A stretch of DNA of 64,000 bases from Octopus vulgaris (GCA_951406725.2 OX597843.1:7378001-7442000), one strand, 5' to 3'. Positions 27,095 through 41,738 are shown, numbered from the stretch's first letter. Numbers and translations: made by a program. Notes: generated by a model not told the origin, from the letters alone.

Positions 27095-27335
27095 TAAGGG
27101 AAGTAAATCTGGAAGATTTTTGTAGTTATCTTCCTTTCTAGAGTTACTCCCCTCGCATATTATTAGCTATTAAATTATAATATGCAAGGTAAGTAACTCT
27201 ACGAAGGAAGATAACTCCAATATCTTCCAGTGTTACTTCCCTCACATATACTAATAATTGTTAAATATACAAGGCAAGGGAAGGAACTCTTGAAAGGGAG
27301 ATAATTACAAAATCTTCCAGAGTTACTTCCCTACA
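27095..27335. repeat. Clustered inverted motif gagttacttccct / agggaagtaactc (also 20210-20410, 24985-25185, 35030)
   Basis: Alternating direct and inverted copies are visible; one copy lies inside the Helitron-like element at 34870-35264. Confidence 0.6.
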
Positions 27336-27616
27336 TGTATCAGTGTTTGTGTACGTGGAACTGTTTTTATTTGTGCGTGTCGGTATTTTCATTTCAGTGT
27401 TTCTGTTTGTGTGATTGTTTTTATCTCTGTGTGTACGTGTGTGTGAGCGACTGTGTTTTTATTCGTTTGTGTGTGTGCGACAATTACAGCTACAACAAAC
27501 ACTTTAAGCATCTCCAAGATACCCACATTTGCAAATCACTAGCTGCTAAATGAAAAGAAGTTCAATTTATTGCGACTTCAGATTTGCGATTGTTAAGCAC
27601 CCAATGCTCCCTGTAG

Positions 27617-27855
27617 CTACATACCTGGATCGGCCATAATTGGCCTCATTCGGAGATCTCTCGGGTGTGGAATATTTATGACTATAGAAGTTAACTTGTT
27701 ACAGGTTTTGTTTATGGCTTAACTTTTGTAGATTTTGGGAAGTCCACAGATGTTACTGGCTTTGCAGTCAAATCTAGTCAAGCAATTTGTCTCCTTTTTT
27801 GTTAAATCGTGTTGGAACTGGTGGATAAGAGTAGACAGTTTGGTCATTATCCTCG
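27617..27855 (-). mobile_element. Penelope-like RT N-terminal fragment, copy b
   Basis: Near-identical to 28969-29207. Confidence 0.7.
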
Positions 27856-28467
27856 TATGACTGTAGTTGTTGATGTTTTTAACCGATGCTGGTGTGTCTT
27901 ACTCCCTGTATTTTAGCGGTTTGGCAAAAGAGAATAAGTTAGAATAAATACTAGGCTTACAAAGAATACATGTATATACCCACACACGCATATATACTAT
28001 CTAAAGCAAAAAATAAACTTGATTATGTCCGAAGGGTAGTACTAGATAACATTATTACTTTATATATTTGTGGGGTGTAGTGAAATGTAAATGATCAGCT
28101 AGTCAATGTTTATTTGTTAAAGGTACCAGCAGATTACTTGGATGTGTATGTGTCTCTGTTGGTGTGCGCATGGTCGTGTCATCTTTCGTAGTCGTAAAAC
28201 GAACACACCTATTACAGAAATTACAACATGAAAGGTATTATATGACGATTAGGAGATATTTTCAGCTATCTCCCTAGTGAACAGGTTATAGACTTTTGTC
28301 GCTATTTACTCTTTTACTCTCATTTACTTGTTTCAGTCATTTAACTGTGGCCATGCTGGAACAATACCTTCAGTCGAGCATATCGACCCCAGGACTTATT
28401 CTTTGTAGGTCTAGTACTTATTCTAACAGTCTCTTTTGCTGAACCTCTAAGTTACGGGGATGTAGAC

Positions 28468-28557
<90 letters not shown>

Positions 28558-28968
28558 TATAAAAGCACGTAGTCGCACACACAGAAATGGAAATACACAC
28601 ATCTAACCATAGCTCATAGTTTATATATATATATATTTTTTTTAATAAATAAATGACTTGGTGAAAACAACAGTCAATATAAACAGGACCTCCGACAGCC
28701 AGTAAACTCTTGTAGAAATGTTAAGAGTACTCGCTTCTGTAAAAATCAGAGATACCAATGTTTTTATTTGTGTGTGTACGTGTGTGTGAGCGACTGTGTT
28801 TTTATTCGTTTGTGTGTGTGCGACAATTACAGCTACAAGAAACACTTGAAGCATCTCCAAGATACCCACATTTGCAGATCACTAACTGCTAAATGAAAAG
28901 AAGTTCAATTTATTGCACCTTTAGCGACGTCAGATTTGCAAGTGTTAAGCACCCAATGCCCCCCGTAT

Positions 28969-29207
28969 CTACATACCTGGATCGGCCATAATTGGCCTCA
29001 TTCGAAGATCTCTCGGGTGTGGAATATTTATGACTATAGAAGTTAACTTGTTACAGGTTTTGTTTATGGCTTAACTTTTGTAGATTTTGGGAAGTCCACA
29101 GATGTTACTGGCTTTGCAGTGAAATCTAGTCAAGCAATTTGTCTCCTTTTTTGTTAAATCGTGTTGGAACTGGTGGATAAGAGTAGACAGTTTGGTCATT
29201 ATCTTCG
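28969..29207 (-). mobile_element. Penelope-like RT N-terminal fragment, copy c
   Basis: Translates [34 protein letters not shown]...IPHPRDLRMRPIMADP, matching the PLE YGLPKIHK...LRPIVAGP motifs. Confidence 0.75.
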
Positions 29208-29523
29208 ATTGACTGATTTGTTAGGGTTAGGGTTAGATTTTTTAACCGATGCTGGTGTGTTTGAAAGCAAGTTACATACCACAGCCACTGTTACATATAT
29301 ATACGACAATCTTCTAACAAATCCGTCTAACAAATCCAATCACAAGGCTTTGGTCGGCCCTGGGCTACAGTAGATTTTTCAACCGATGCTGGTATGTTTT
29401 CCTCCCTGTATTTTAGTGGTTCGGCCAAAAAGAATAAGTTAGAATAAATACTAGGCTTAGAAAGAATAAGTGCTGCGCACGATGTGCTCGAATAATGGCG
29501 GTGGTCCAGCATTTATATATACA

Positions 29524-29574
<51 letters not shown>

Positions 29575-29583
29575 CACATAAAG

Positions 29584-29614
<31 letters not shown>

Positions 29615-29640
29615 CATATACACATAAAGATATATATATA

Positions 29641-31630
29641 AATCCTTAAATCCTTAAAAATGTTTTAGCCCGAAGGCCGCGGCCATGCTGGGGCACCACC
29701 GCTGAATGAGCTACACTAGTTTGTGAATCCACCTCTGATACGTGGCACTTGATCAACAAGGGAGTTCGATGCTGCTGCCCGCATCCGTGTCTCCTGTCGT
29801 GAGGTAGGTTCATCTGGGACTCCCAACAAGAAGAGATCCAGTTTAGTTTTAAAGAAACCCACATCCACACCATGTAAGTCTCTCAGGCATTTAGGGAGGA
29901 TGTTAAAGAGCTGTGGTCCTCTGAAACCCAAGCTGTTGCAGTATCTGGACCTGTATTTTGATGGTGATGTTGGAATCCTTGGCACCACGCAGCGGCCCCC
30001 GTTCTGCAGTTGGAGTAACTTTGAATGCCAAAGTTTGGGACAAGACCCTCCAGGATTTTCCAGATGTATATCACTGCATATCTCTCCTGCCTCCGCTCCA
30101 GGGAGAAGAGGTTTAATACCTTCAGTCTTTCCCAGTAGCTGACATTTCGCATTGAGACGATTTTCTTTGTGTAGCTTCTCTGAGTTGCTTCGAGTTCTGC
30201 TGTTTGTTTTATATTGTGTGGTGACCAAAGTTGGGAGCAGTAGTCCAAGCGGCTGAGGACAAATGTTTTCCATAGGACCATCAGTGTCTCCTTCTCTCTT
30301 GTTCTGAAAGTTCGGAGAATCCATCCAGCTAGCCGTCTGCATTTTATCACCAGATTAGCAATATGCATTTGGAAAGATGCATCATTGCTCATGTCAATGC
30401 CCAGGTCACGCACTGATTTTGACTCAGGGATTGCAATTCTTCCTGGGCCAGTGTATCCAGTATGCACGTCATTTACCTTTGTGTGCCAGTAGCGCAGGGC
30501 CTGGAACTTACCTGCATTAAACTGCATGTTGTTGTCCTCAGCCCACCTGTATATTGTGTCCAGCTCATGTTGCAGATGCGCAATATTTTCAGGGTTTTGT
30601 ATTGCGTGGGAGACTTTTGTGTCATCTGCATAGCTAGCAAGGGTGGTCATCGTAGCAACTGAAGGCATGTCTGAAAGGGCCACTATGAACATCAGTGGCC
30701 CCAAGACAGTGCCCTGTGGGACACCGCTTGTTATTTGCGTTTCCCTGGAGGTGGCTCCATTGCTCACAACTGCCTGTTTTCTGTCTTTTAGGAAGTTGTG
30801 CAGCCACTCTCCAAGTTTCCCGCCTATGCCGAGACCACGCAGTTTGTGACAGATCATACCATGGTCGACTTTATCAAAGGCTTTTGCAAAGTCAAGATAT
30901 ATTACATCCACATTTGAGCCATTTAGTAGCTGTTTCAACACCCAGTCATAGTGTTGCAGGAGCTGTGTTAGGCAGCCTCTACCTGGTCGAAATCCATGCT
31001 GGGTGTCAGACAGTAAGTCATTTTCTTCAAGGAACATGATTAGTTTCTTACGGACTATTCGTTCCATGACTTTGCTGATGTGTGAGGTCAGAGAGATAGG
31101 CCTATAATTTTTAGCATCTGCTCTGCTACCTCCCTTATGGATAGGGCATATTACCCCCTCTTTTAGTTTGACTGGGAGCTTACCACTTGCAAGAAAGCTC
31201 TGAAAAAGAAGCTGTAGTGGTTTTGCAAGGGCTCGTTTGCACGATTTGAGAAGGATCGCTGGGAATCCATCAGGTCCAGCAGCTGAGTTTGTGTCAATCT
31301 CATCAATGGCTAGTGTGATATCATCTTCTTCGATGTTGATGTACTCAATTTTTGTCTCTTTGGCCGCTGGTAAAGTGGCAAAGAATTCTTCTGGGTTGTT
31401 TACTTGCCTGTGTCCTAGAGGTGTAGTGAACACACTTTGGAACTGTTCGTTCAGTATTTCACTTATCCTCGTGGGATTTCCTGTGAGAGAGCCATCTTTT
31501 TGGAAGAGAGGTCCTATTCTCTGGTGCACTGTGGCTGTCTCTTTGGCAAACTTAAAGAAAGCTTTAGGGTTTGATTTTCTATTTTCTATTACCCAAGCTT
31601 CTTTATCTGCTCTCTCCTTTTCATGGGACT
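29641..31630 (-). mobile_element. Young 5'-truncated CR1-clade LINE with open RT domain, 3' UTR and (TTTAAGGA)n tail
   Basis: [38 protein letters not shown] and YADD in one frame; a single frameshift near 29995; C-terminus ends at 29716. Confidence 0.95.
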
Positions 31631-31639
31631 GATGAATAT

Positions 31640-32835
<1,196 letters not shown>

Positions 32836-33280
32836 ACACACATATGTATGTGTGTGTCTATGTTTCTGTCTGCGTTTTTGTCCTCAAAATTGCTTGACAA
32901 CCGATTCTGATGTGTTTACGTCACCGTAAGTTAGTGAGATAACTACAAAATATCATATAGATTTACTTACCTTGCATATAATTATATTATTGTTATTAAA
33001 TTGTGGTGTACCGCATTTAGTCGAGCAAATAGACCCCAGGACTTATTTTTGTATTCCTAGTACTTAACGTATTGTTCTCTTTTGCAGAACCGATAATTTA
33101 CGGGGACGTAATGTTCGATGTACTGAATTAGTAGGTATTTATTTATTGTTAGAACTACAATTATCATAAATTATGGGCTAGGAAAGATACTAGAAACTTT
33201 TTTTATATACCTATTGGGGCTCCTTGTGAGTGTGGGACTGTTTTTATTTATGTGAGTGTGGGTATTTTCATTTCAGTGTT

Positions 33281-33312
<32 letters not shown>

Positions 33313-34008
33313 TGTTTTTATTTCTGTGTGCGCGAGTGTGTGAGCGACTGAGTGTTTCTATTTGCTTGTGTGTGTGCGACACTGACCATTGCTAAGATAC
33401 CCACATTTGAGATCACTAACTACTAAATCAAAATAAGTTCAATTTATTGCACCTTTAGTGACTTCAGATGTTGCTCATATTTTTGTCATGTGTCGACAAT
33501 GTATTAATTTCACAAGTGGATGAAAGAAATTCTCATACTGGCGTGGAGGGAGCTGATATTCTAACTGCGAGTGCAAAGCACCCAATGCCCCTTTACATTC
33601 TGAATAAATTGTATGTTTGTGCTAGTTAGGGTTAGGGTTTTATGTGTGATTGTGTATCTGTGTTTTCATTTCTGTGTGTGGGTGCGTGTGTGTGTTTGTG
33701 TGAGTGTGAGAGTTTGAATGTGTAAGTGTGTATTTTTCATTTCTATATGTGTATGTCTGTGTGTTTGTGCATGTGCAGGTATGTAACTGTCTTCATTTCT
33801 GTGTTTGTCCGCGTGTTTGAGTGTCTGAATTGGTAGACAGTTTGGTCATTATCTTCGATTGACTGTAGTTGTTGATGCTTTTAACCGATAGAGGTGTGTT
33901 TTACTCCCTGTATTTTAGCGGTTCGGCAAAAGAGAACAAGTTAGAATAAATACTAGGCTTACAAAGAAGTGCTGTGTATGATGTGCTCGACTAAAGGCGG
34001 CGCTCCAG

Positions 34009-34059
<51 letters not shown>

Positions 34060-34209
34060 CTTCAGTCGAGCATATCGACCCCAGGACTTATTCTTTGTAG
34101 GCCTAGTACTTATTCTATCAATCTCTTTCGCTGAACCTCTAAGTTATGGGGACGTAAACAGACTAACATCCGTTGTGTAGCAATGTTTGGGGACAAACAG
34201 ACACACACA

Positions 34210-34246
<37 letters not shown>

Positions 34247-34524
34247 TTAAAAATAAGTCTATTACTTCAAATGTTAATGGTTTCTGTTAAGGCTCAGCAA
34301 TTTTTAAACGAGTTCTTGACTAGAATTTGGTTTGTCAACTGTTAAAATAACTTTCAGTTCTTTAGACGTTCACATGATTAACAAGGCTAACTTGGGGTGG
34401 CTAGAAATAGCAGTCAAATTACTCTCAGATCCATACAAGATCATGCAATTGTTCAGTCTAGGAGCCCAATAACAAATCAACTTGGTTGTTTATGAAAGAA
34501 GTCGATATTTAGAGAGTGAAAACG

Positions 34525-34857
34525 TGTTTTTCTCTCTTTTTTGATGGAGCACCGACTTTGGTCAAGCAAATCGACCCCAGGACGTATTCTTTGTAAGCCT
34601 AGTACTTATTCTATCGGTCTCTTTTGCAGTAAACACAGCATCGGTTGCCAAGCGATGTTGGTGGGGACGAACATATACATACACAAACTCTCAAATATAT
34701 ATATATATATATACACATGGCGGGCTTCCTTCAGTTTCCGTCTACCAAATCCACTCACAAGGCTATAGTAGAAGACACTTGCCCAAGGTGCCATGCATTG
34801 GGATAGAACCCGGAACCATGTGGTTCGTAAGCAAGCTACTTACCACACAGCCACTCA
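34525..34857 (-). mobile_element. SINE family A with internal deletions
   Basis: Reverse complement of the family A head and tail. Confidence 0.75.
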
Positions 34858-34869
34858 TATATATACACA

Positions 34870-35264
34870 CTAGCAGTATCGCCCGGCGTTGCTCGGGTTT
34901 GTAAGGGAAATAATTATATAAGCATTTTTAGAGATGTAAAGTATAATAGCCATCTCAATATGGCTAACCACAAAGGGGGAGGGGTGTTACTGTAGCTTTT
35001 TACGTTCTGAGATTTAATAATAAATTTTAGAGAGTTACTTCCCTTATATATGTCAAAAATGTATTAAAAATTGGAAAAATTGATGGTAAATTTTTTTATA
35101 AATCGTAGACTCATCGTAGACGCGCGCTAATACCCAGACGGTCTCGATATGAATCACGACTATAAGATACCCGGTTTTGGTTAAACTGCACCGCAAAATG
35201 TGGGAGTAGTTAGGAATCTAAATCGTAGGAGACAGACACACAACCTCACTTTTATCTATAAAGA
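34870..35264 (-). mobile_element. Non-autonomous Helitron
   Basis: Minus strand starts A|TC (35264), ends with the hairpin cccgagcaacgccggg then CTAG|T (34870); no target-site duplication. Confidence 0.75.
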
Positions 35265-35327
35265 TTTCCTCTATTTACATAATATTGAGGTCTCTTTCTT
35301 TCTTTTGTTATCTTACTGTTTTTACCA

Positions 35328-35369
<42 letters not shown>

Positions 35370-35437
35370 TATAGTTACAGAGATGTACTTGCATAGCAAG
35401 TGACTTGATCTGAGATCGTGTGCTGGAACGAAAACAG

Positions 35438-35696
35438 TTGCAGCGTTGAAGGTGTTTATAAGCCATTTAAGAAACACACAAAAACCGTTAGATTCACTTC
35501 AACATTTAAATTTAATTTGTCAAAATATTTTCGTCGCTTTGAGACCGCGACCTGTTAGCACGATATTTTTGTCAGTGAACAGGTGGCGGTCTCAAAGCGA
35601 CGAAAATATTTTGGCAAATTAAATTTAAATGTTGAAGTGAATGTAACGGTTTTTGTGTGTTTCTTAAATGGCTTACAAACACCTTCCACGCTGCAA
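35438..35696. mobile_element. ~119-bp-arm inverted repeat, probable PLE-derived terminal repeats
   Basis: Arms 35438-35556 and 35578-35696 are near-perfect reverse complements. Confidence 0.7.
35568..35618 (+). ncRNA. Candidate minimal type I hammerhead ribozyme with G3-C8 swapped core
   Basis: Stem I tttgtca/tggcaaa, core GTGAACA plus an extra G, stem II gtggc/gcgac (gtcgc in the other arm), GAA, palindromic stem III aatatt, triplet UUU. Confidence 0.5.
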
Positions 35697-35769
35697 TATA
35701 TATATACACATATATATATATGTATGTATGTGTGTATATGTGTATGCATGTATGTGTGTGTGTGTGTGT

Positions 35770-35992
35770 GTGTGCGTGTCTGTGCTTGTGATTGTCCTCC
35801 ACCACTGCTTGACAACGAATGTTGGTTTGTTTACATCCCTGTCACCTAGTGGTTTGACAAAGGAAACAGATAGAATAAGTACAATGCTTACAAAAATAAA
35901 ACTGGAGTTGATTCATTAAACTACAATTCTTCAAGGCATTGCCCCAGCATGGCCACAGACCAATGGCTGGAAAAAGCAGAAGAATAAAAGAA
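35770..35992 (+). mobile_element. Old SINE family A tail
   Basis: gccccagcatggccacag...aagaataaaagaata; diverged from consensus. Confidence 0.65.
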
Positions 35993-36059
35993 TACATTCT
36001 CTGCTTTGGTCATATGTTGAAGGCATGAGAAAGCTTGAGTTTACATGAGAAGGCCTAAC

Positions 36060-36545
36060 AGACCTGGTAGAAACAGCAGCCAAATCTCCCTCAAATCACA
36101 CCTTACTGTCTTATGTATGTATATATATATATGAGCCAATGAGGGGGACCTCTACATGGTAGCTAGACCTGGTAGAAATAGCAGCCAAATTTCCCCCAAA
36201 TCACACCTTACTGTCTTATCTATGTATATATGTATGTATGAGCCTATGAGGGAGACCCCTCATGGCAGCTAGACCTGGTAGAAATAGCAGCCAAATTTCC
36301 CCCAAATCACACCTTACTGTCTTATCTATGTATATATGTATGTATGAGCCTATGAGGGAGACCCCTACATGGCAGCTAGACCTGGTAGAAATAGCAGCCA
36401 AATTTCCCCCAAATCACACCTTACTGTCTTATCTATGTATATATATATGTATGTATGAGCCTATGAGGGAGACCCCTACATGGCAGCTAGACATGGTAGA
36501 AATAGCAGCCAAATCTCCCTCAAATCACACCTTACTGTCTTATCT
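36060..36545. repeat. Minisatellite, ~105-111 bp unit, about 4.5 copies
   Basis: agacctggtagaaatagcagccaaat starts at 36060, 36165, 36271, 36378 and 36489. Confidence 0.92.
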
Positions 36546-36559
36546 TTCTGCTACTTGGA

Positions 36560-37060
36560 TATAGGTATTATATTCGTCGTAAAAAAACTTTCCTGTCACA
36601 CACTCACGCACACGCGCACACACACACACACACACGCACCCTCACACACACACACACACGCACACACACCACACCCACCCACTCACACACACGCACGTTA
36701 GCTTACAATTTTATTTATATATTTGCGTGTCTGTGTGGAAAGAAGAAGTGGGAGGCAGAGTGAAAGAATCACTCACTACAGTAAGTGAATTAGTTTCATT
36801 TTATTCGTTGCCCACTGTGTGTGTGCGTTTGCGTGTGGTGTAAACCAGACTAAGAAAAGCATTTGACACACACACCAGAATGTGAGTTTTCTGTAAATTT
36901 TGCTTAACTGGAGTTTAAATTTTAAAAACTGGAGCTGGCATGACGCAATGCATTGTACTCTTAAAAATGCAAGGTAAATTGTAATTGAAGAAATCCTATA
37001 TTGTAGATTTGTATAACTCCCAAAGGGAGGCAGATAAAATCTGCCTTTTATAATAAGAGA
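36560..37060 (-). mobile_element. Probable Helitron-like non-autonomous fragment
   Basis: Minus-strand start A|TCTCTTATTATAAAAG resembles the 5' end of the 34870-35264 element; no clear 3' end. Confidence 0.35.
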
Positions 37061-37429
37061 TACACACGACTGGTTTTATTCATTTTCCAGGTACCCAATA
37101 GACTCAAAATGTCATGCAATGGGATAATGGTGATAATTCAGAGATTTAAAAGAAATAAGGATGATTATAGTTGGAAGGGCAACTCTACTGAAACAAAAAG
37201 CATCAAGTCCTCAATACCTTTTGGTAGCAGCAACATTAGCATTTTGGATATAATTCATCTGTTTTTGTGGATCATAGAATCATCCATGAAGGACGTGTAG
37301 AAGTCAGTTATGTATACTAAAAAATATATCAACATCATTTAACGTCTGTCTTCCTATAACAGTTGACTACAATGCTGCTATGCCAGTCATTGGGTATAAT
37401 ACCTTTCTATATATCCTGATTAACTATAT

Positions 37430-38042
37430 GGGTGAAGTGTGTCAGACTGCCAGAAGGGAAGCTAGGAGGCAGGTTTATTTAGCCATAGGAGAAGCAGATA
37501 AGAAAAAATTTGCCAATGTTCTGCGCTGTGAGGACAAAAGACTTGAGATATTTCGTGTTGCAAGACAGTGTGTGAGAGAGAATCGTGATGTGGTAGGAGA
37601 GAAATGTGTTCGCATGGATAATGGTTCACTTGCGCTAAATGTGGCTGCAAAGAGAGAGGTTTGGAGACGCCACTATGAAAGGTTGCTGAATAAAGACAAT
37701 GAATGGGAGAAAGAGAGTCTGCCGAATGTCGACCCAACTGAGGGACCAGCTATCCGAGTTGACAGTTCTTTGGTAGATAAGATAATTAGAAGTATGAAGA
37801 CAGGGAAAGCCCCAGGTCCATCAGGAATTACTGCAGAGAGGCTCAAAATATCTGGCAGTGTTGGTTATAGCCTAGTCACCCGTATAGTTAACCAGTTGAT
37901 ACACGAAGGAGTCATACCCAATGACTGGTGTAGCAGCATAATAGTCAACTGCTACAAAGGTAAAGGTGACGCTTTAGATACAAATAAATACAGAGGTATC
38001 AAGCTGTTGGATCAGGTAATGAAGGTTACGGAGAGGGTCATA
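37430..38042 (+). mobile_element. RTE-clade LINE fragment (pre-RT and RT motif 1)
   Basis: MKTGKAPGPSGI...IPNDW..YKGKGD...YRGIKLL. Confidence 0.88.
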
Positions 38043-38249
38043 TGTTTGTATATATATTTGTATGTATATGTTTGTATATATATTTGTGTATATATGTTTG
38101 TATATATATTTGTATATATGTGTTTGTATATATGTTTGTATATATATATATATGTTTGTATATATATATTTGTATATATATGTCTGTATATATATATTTG
38201 TATATATGTTTGTATATAGATTTGTATATACATGTTTGTATGTTTGTAT

Positions 38250-41200
38250 ATAAACTTAGATAAACCTTGATATGTTTCGACCAAAGATTGGTCCAGGCCA
38301 TGTCTAACTTAATAGCACCACCTGATAGGATTATTTGAATCCTGTTTAAGTCAAGTTTTGTTTATGGTCCATTCAAGTAGTGAGTTTTTGTTGGGTGAGT
38401 TGTATCCAATTATGGGTGGCTTATCTGGTATTCCTTGAAGGAATCTATCCAGACTCCGTTTAAAGTTGATGGGATCCTGTTCCTCTTTGATCTCTTTCGG
38501 GACAATGTTAAATAGGGCAGGGCCTGTTGAGGAAAAGAAATTATGTTGCAGTGTACATGTATGTTGTGATCTTGAATTGGGCAGGGGACGTATAGCCCGT
38601 GGTCCAAGTCTTGGATGAACCTTGAAGCTAATGTTTAGGTCGTTTGGGCTTAGTTGGCGGTATATTTTCCACATCGTACAAATGATGTACCGCTCACGGC
38701 GATGCTGGAGGGAGTAAAGGTTCAAGGCTTTAAGGCGATCCCAATAATCGACAGCAGCCATGCCTTCAATTCGTTTAGTGAGTGCCCTCTGGGGTGACTC
38801 AATTCTGGAGATGTTTTGTCTTGTGTGAAGAGACCACAGTGGGCAGCAGTATTCGAGGTGTGGCCGTACAAAGGAGGAGAAAAGTGGTATGATGACACCT
38901 TGTTCTCTGGACCGGAAAGTTCTTAAGATCCAGGAACTCATCCTACGTGCTATATCGACCTTCTTGTTGATGTGTGCACTCCAACTGAGATCGTCATCAA
39001 CAATTACACCCAGGTCTGATATTGTTAGAGGCTGTAAGCGGTTCCCCTTTTATTGAGGAATTTCTTCCAAAATGCATCAACTCAAATTTTCCCTTGTTCA
39101 GTTGCATTTTGTCTCTGTGTGCCCATTGACTCACAGCATATAGATCAGACTGGAGTTGAGTTCGGTCTGCTTCTTCATTGACGATTTGCTGGAGCTTAGT
39201 GTCATCAGCAAATATTTTCACTTTGCAGTAATGTACGACACTGGAAAGGTCGTTTATGTAAATTATGAAGAGTAGCAGACCCAAAATAGTCCCCTGGGGG
39301 ACACCGCTGGTGACTTATGCTGGGCTTGAGTGGACTCCATCAACTACAACATGTTGTGTTATATTCGCCTGGAAATACTTGATCTAGTGTAGAACTTTTC
39401 CACGGATTCCAACATTTGCCAATTTTGAGAGTAGGATATTATGGTCTACCCTGTCGAACGCTTTACTGAAGTCAAGATATATGACATCAGAGTTCGAACC
39501 TGTTCCCAAGGCTTTGAGTACATCTTCAATGTGGTGTAAGAGCTGTGTTAGACAGTCCCTGCCTCAGCGAAAGCCATGCTGATTTGCATTTAGGAGTTTG
39601 TGGGTCTCCAGGAAGTCAGCTATCCTTGATCTTAACACTCTTTCAAACACTTTGATGATGTGGGAGGTGAGTGAGATTGGGCGATAGTTGAGTGCGAGGG
39701 ATCTGTTTCCCTGTTTGAAAACCGGGATGACTGACTGGGATAGAAACTGTTTCGGTATATAACCTGCGTCTAACGAATTTCTCCAGAGGTTGGTCAGAGG
39801 GACTGCAAGTTGGTGTCTACATTCCTTCAGGAGACTAGCAGGGAATCTATCAGGGCCTACAGCAGAGTAGTATTTGATCTCATTTATTGCTGCTGTGATG
39901 TCAGTGGCAGTGAAGGTTATGTCTGAGATTTTATGTTGAGGGTCAACTTCGGTCGCTTCTCTTGTGTCAATATCAGACAAAGCAATATTATTTCTGCAGT
40001 ATTTCTGCCATTTCTTTAGTATCGTGTTGGGGAATGCCGTTATCATCAATCAATGGCCCAATGGGTGAGACAGTGGTTCTATGCTTATTTGCATAAGAAT
40101 AGAACACTTTTGGGTTCTGTTTGATGTTTTTGATTACCCACTGTTCCTCCACAGCTCTTTGATTTTCAATGGAGGTTTTCATGTCGTTCTGTAGATGAAG
40201 TTTTTCCAGCTCTAGCCTTTTCATTGTTGTTGAATTTGGATGTTGTATGTGGGAATATTTTAATTGGTTGATTTTGTTTGTTGAGTCTTTTGATGCGCCT
40301 GATGAGTGTTTTTTTCTTTTTAGGGAGCCGGTTTCTGTTTGTGTTAGTAGATTTCATGGGAGCGTGTTTAGCGCATGTATAGGTGACAATGTTTTCAAAG
40401 TGCTGCCATGCGGTCTCAGTATGGATGGAATTGAGAGTGAAAGACAAGTCGATGCAAGACAGATCCTTTCTGGTTGCTCCCCAGTCCGCTTTGTGGAAGT
40501 TTATGTTGTCAAATGAGTGCCATGGAGTGGTATTGGCTGGTTTGGTTTTTATATGTCGGGAATTGAAATTGCAGAGTATCATGTCGTGGTCTGAGAGGAT
40601 AGTTTTTTCAACTGAAATACTGTGAACGAAGCTAGAGTGATTGGTCAATACCAGATCCAAGATCGTTTTATTCTGTCTCGTTGGTTCGAGCACTAGCTGA
40701 GTCAGCAAGTATTCATCCATTAGATTAAAGAGCAGTTCTGCTGCTGCTCTATCTGATGTAGAGCATTTGCCTAACTTCAGAGTATTTGTGGGCCAGTTCA
40801 CATAAGGGAGGTTAAAATCACCCATCACTAGTATGTTTCCGGAGTTGTACTTCCGAATGAAGGACTTGACTTTACTAAGGCACTCTTCAAAGCACTTTAG
40901 AGGTGCTTGGGGAGGCCTGTAAAGACCAACAATGATTATGTCCTTGGCCTTGCTGAATAGTGATACCGATTCCCAATAGCCATTGGAAAATATGTCTTTG
41001 GCATCAAGTGAAAAGGAGTCATGGATAAAGATGGCTGTCCCTCCCTTATTTCGGTCTGTGCGATCCACACGAACAATGGTGAAATCTTTTATTTTCACCT
41101 CGGCGTCCATATGGGTGTTGTTCATGTGAGTCTCAGTAAGGATAAAGGAAGGGAAGCAATGTGCCGTTTCAGCAAGCCAACTCTCTATATATGGGATCTT

Positions 41201-41520
41201 CCATTTTTGGGCAATAATTGATGGGTTGATGCCACGTACATTTAACAGGAATGTCGAGGTAAGGGGAGTTTGATGTTTGCCTTGTTCTAAGTTGTGTTTT
41301 ATGTTGTTCAGTGGTAACAATGTGGGTAGTTCTTATATGGAGCTGTGTGTGTATGATTTTCTTGTTGGTAGTGGGTGTGTGGTCCTTGTGATTTGCATAG
41401 GTGGTTGCTGATAGCTCGTTGGATATCCTGGCTTAGGTCGGCCTTCATATTTTCTAGGTAAGACAGTAAAAAAGAGTTACCTATTTGATTTGCCACTTTG
41501 TCAGAGGATACATATTTCAT
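38250..41520 (-). mobile_element. Near-complete CR1-clade LINE ORF2 (AP endonuclease plus RT), disrupted
   Basis: Endonuclease motifs LNVRG, LTETH, GDFN, LDLVL and SDH (41320-40166); RT motifs [18 protein letters not shown]; C-terminus to 38351; several frameshifts and stops. Confidence 0.95.
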
Positions 41521-41738
41521 GTTGGTGTTATTGGGTGTTTAGTAGTTTGGTATGTGTATACAGGTGTGTATCTCATTATCGCTATTATCAGATATATGCA
41601 TACAACCTACCACACACACACACAGCATTCTTACTTTGGACTCTTTATTAATTCAAAAGTGTTAACAGATCAAGTTACCAATTCCGGAATATTCTGTCTT
41701 CGAGGTCATCATATTTTATTTGGTATTTTGTTGTCCCT

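Noticed and set aside
36060-36545. CRISPR-like periodicity
   Set aside because: The sequence between repeats is also repeated, there are no unique spacers or cas genes, and the context is eukaryotic.
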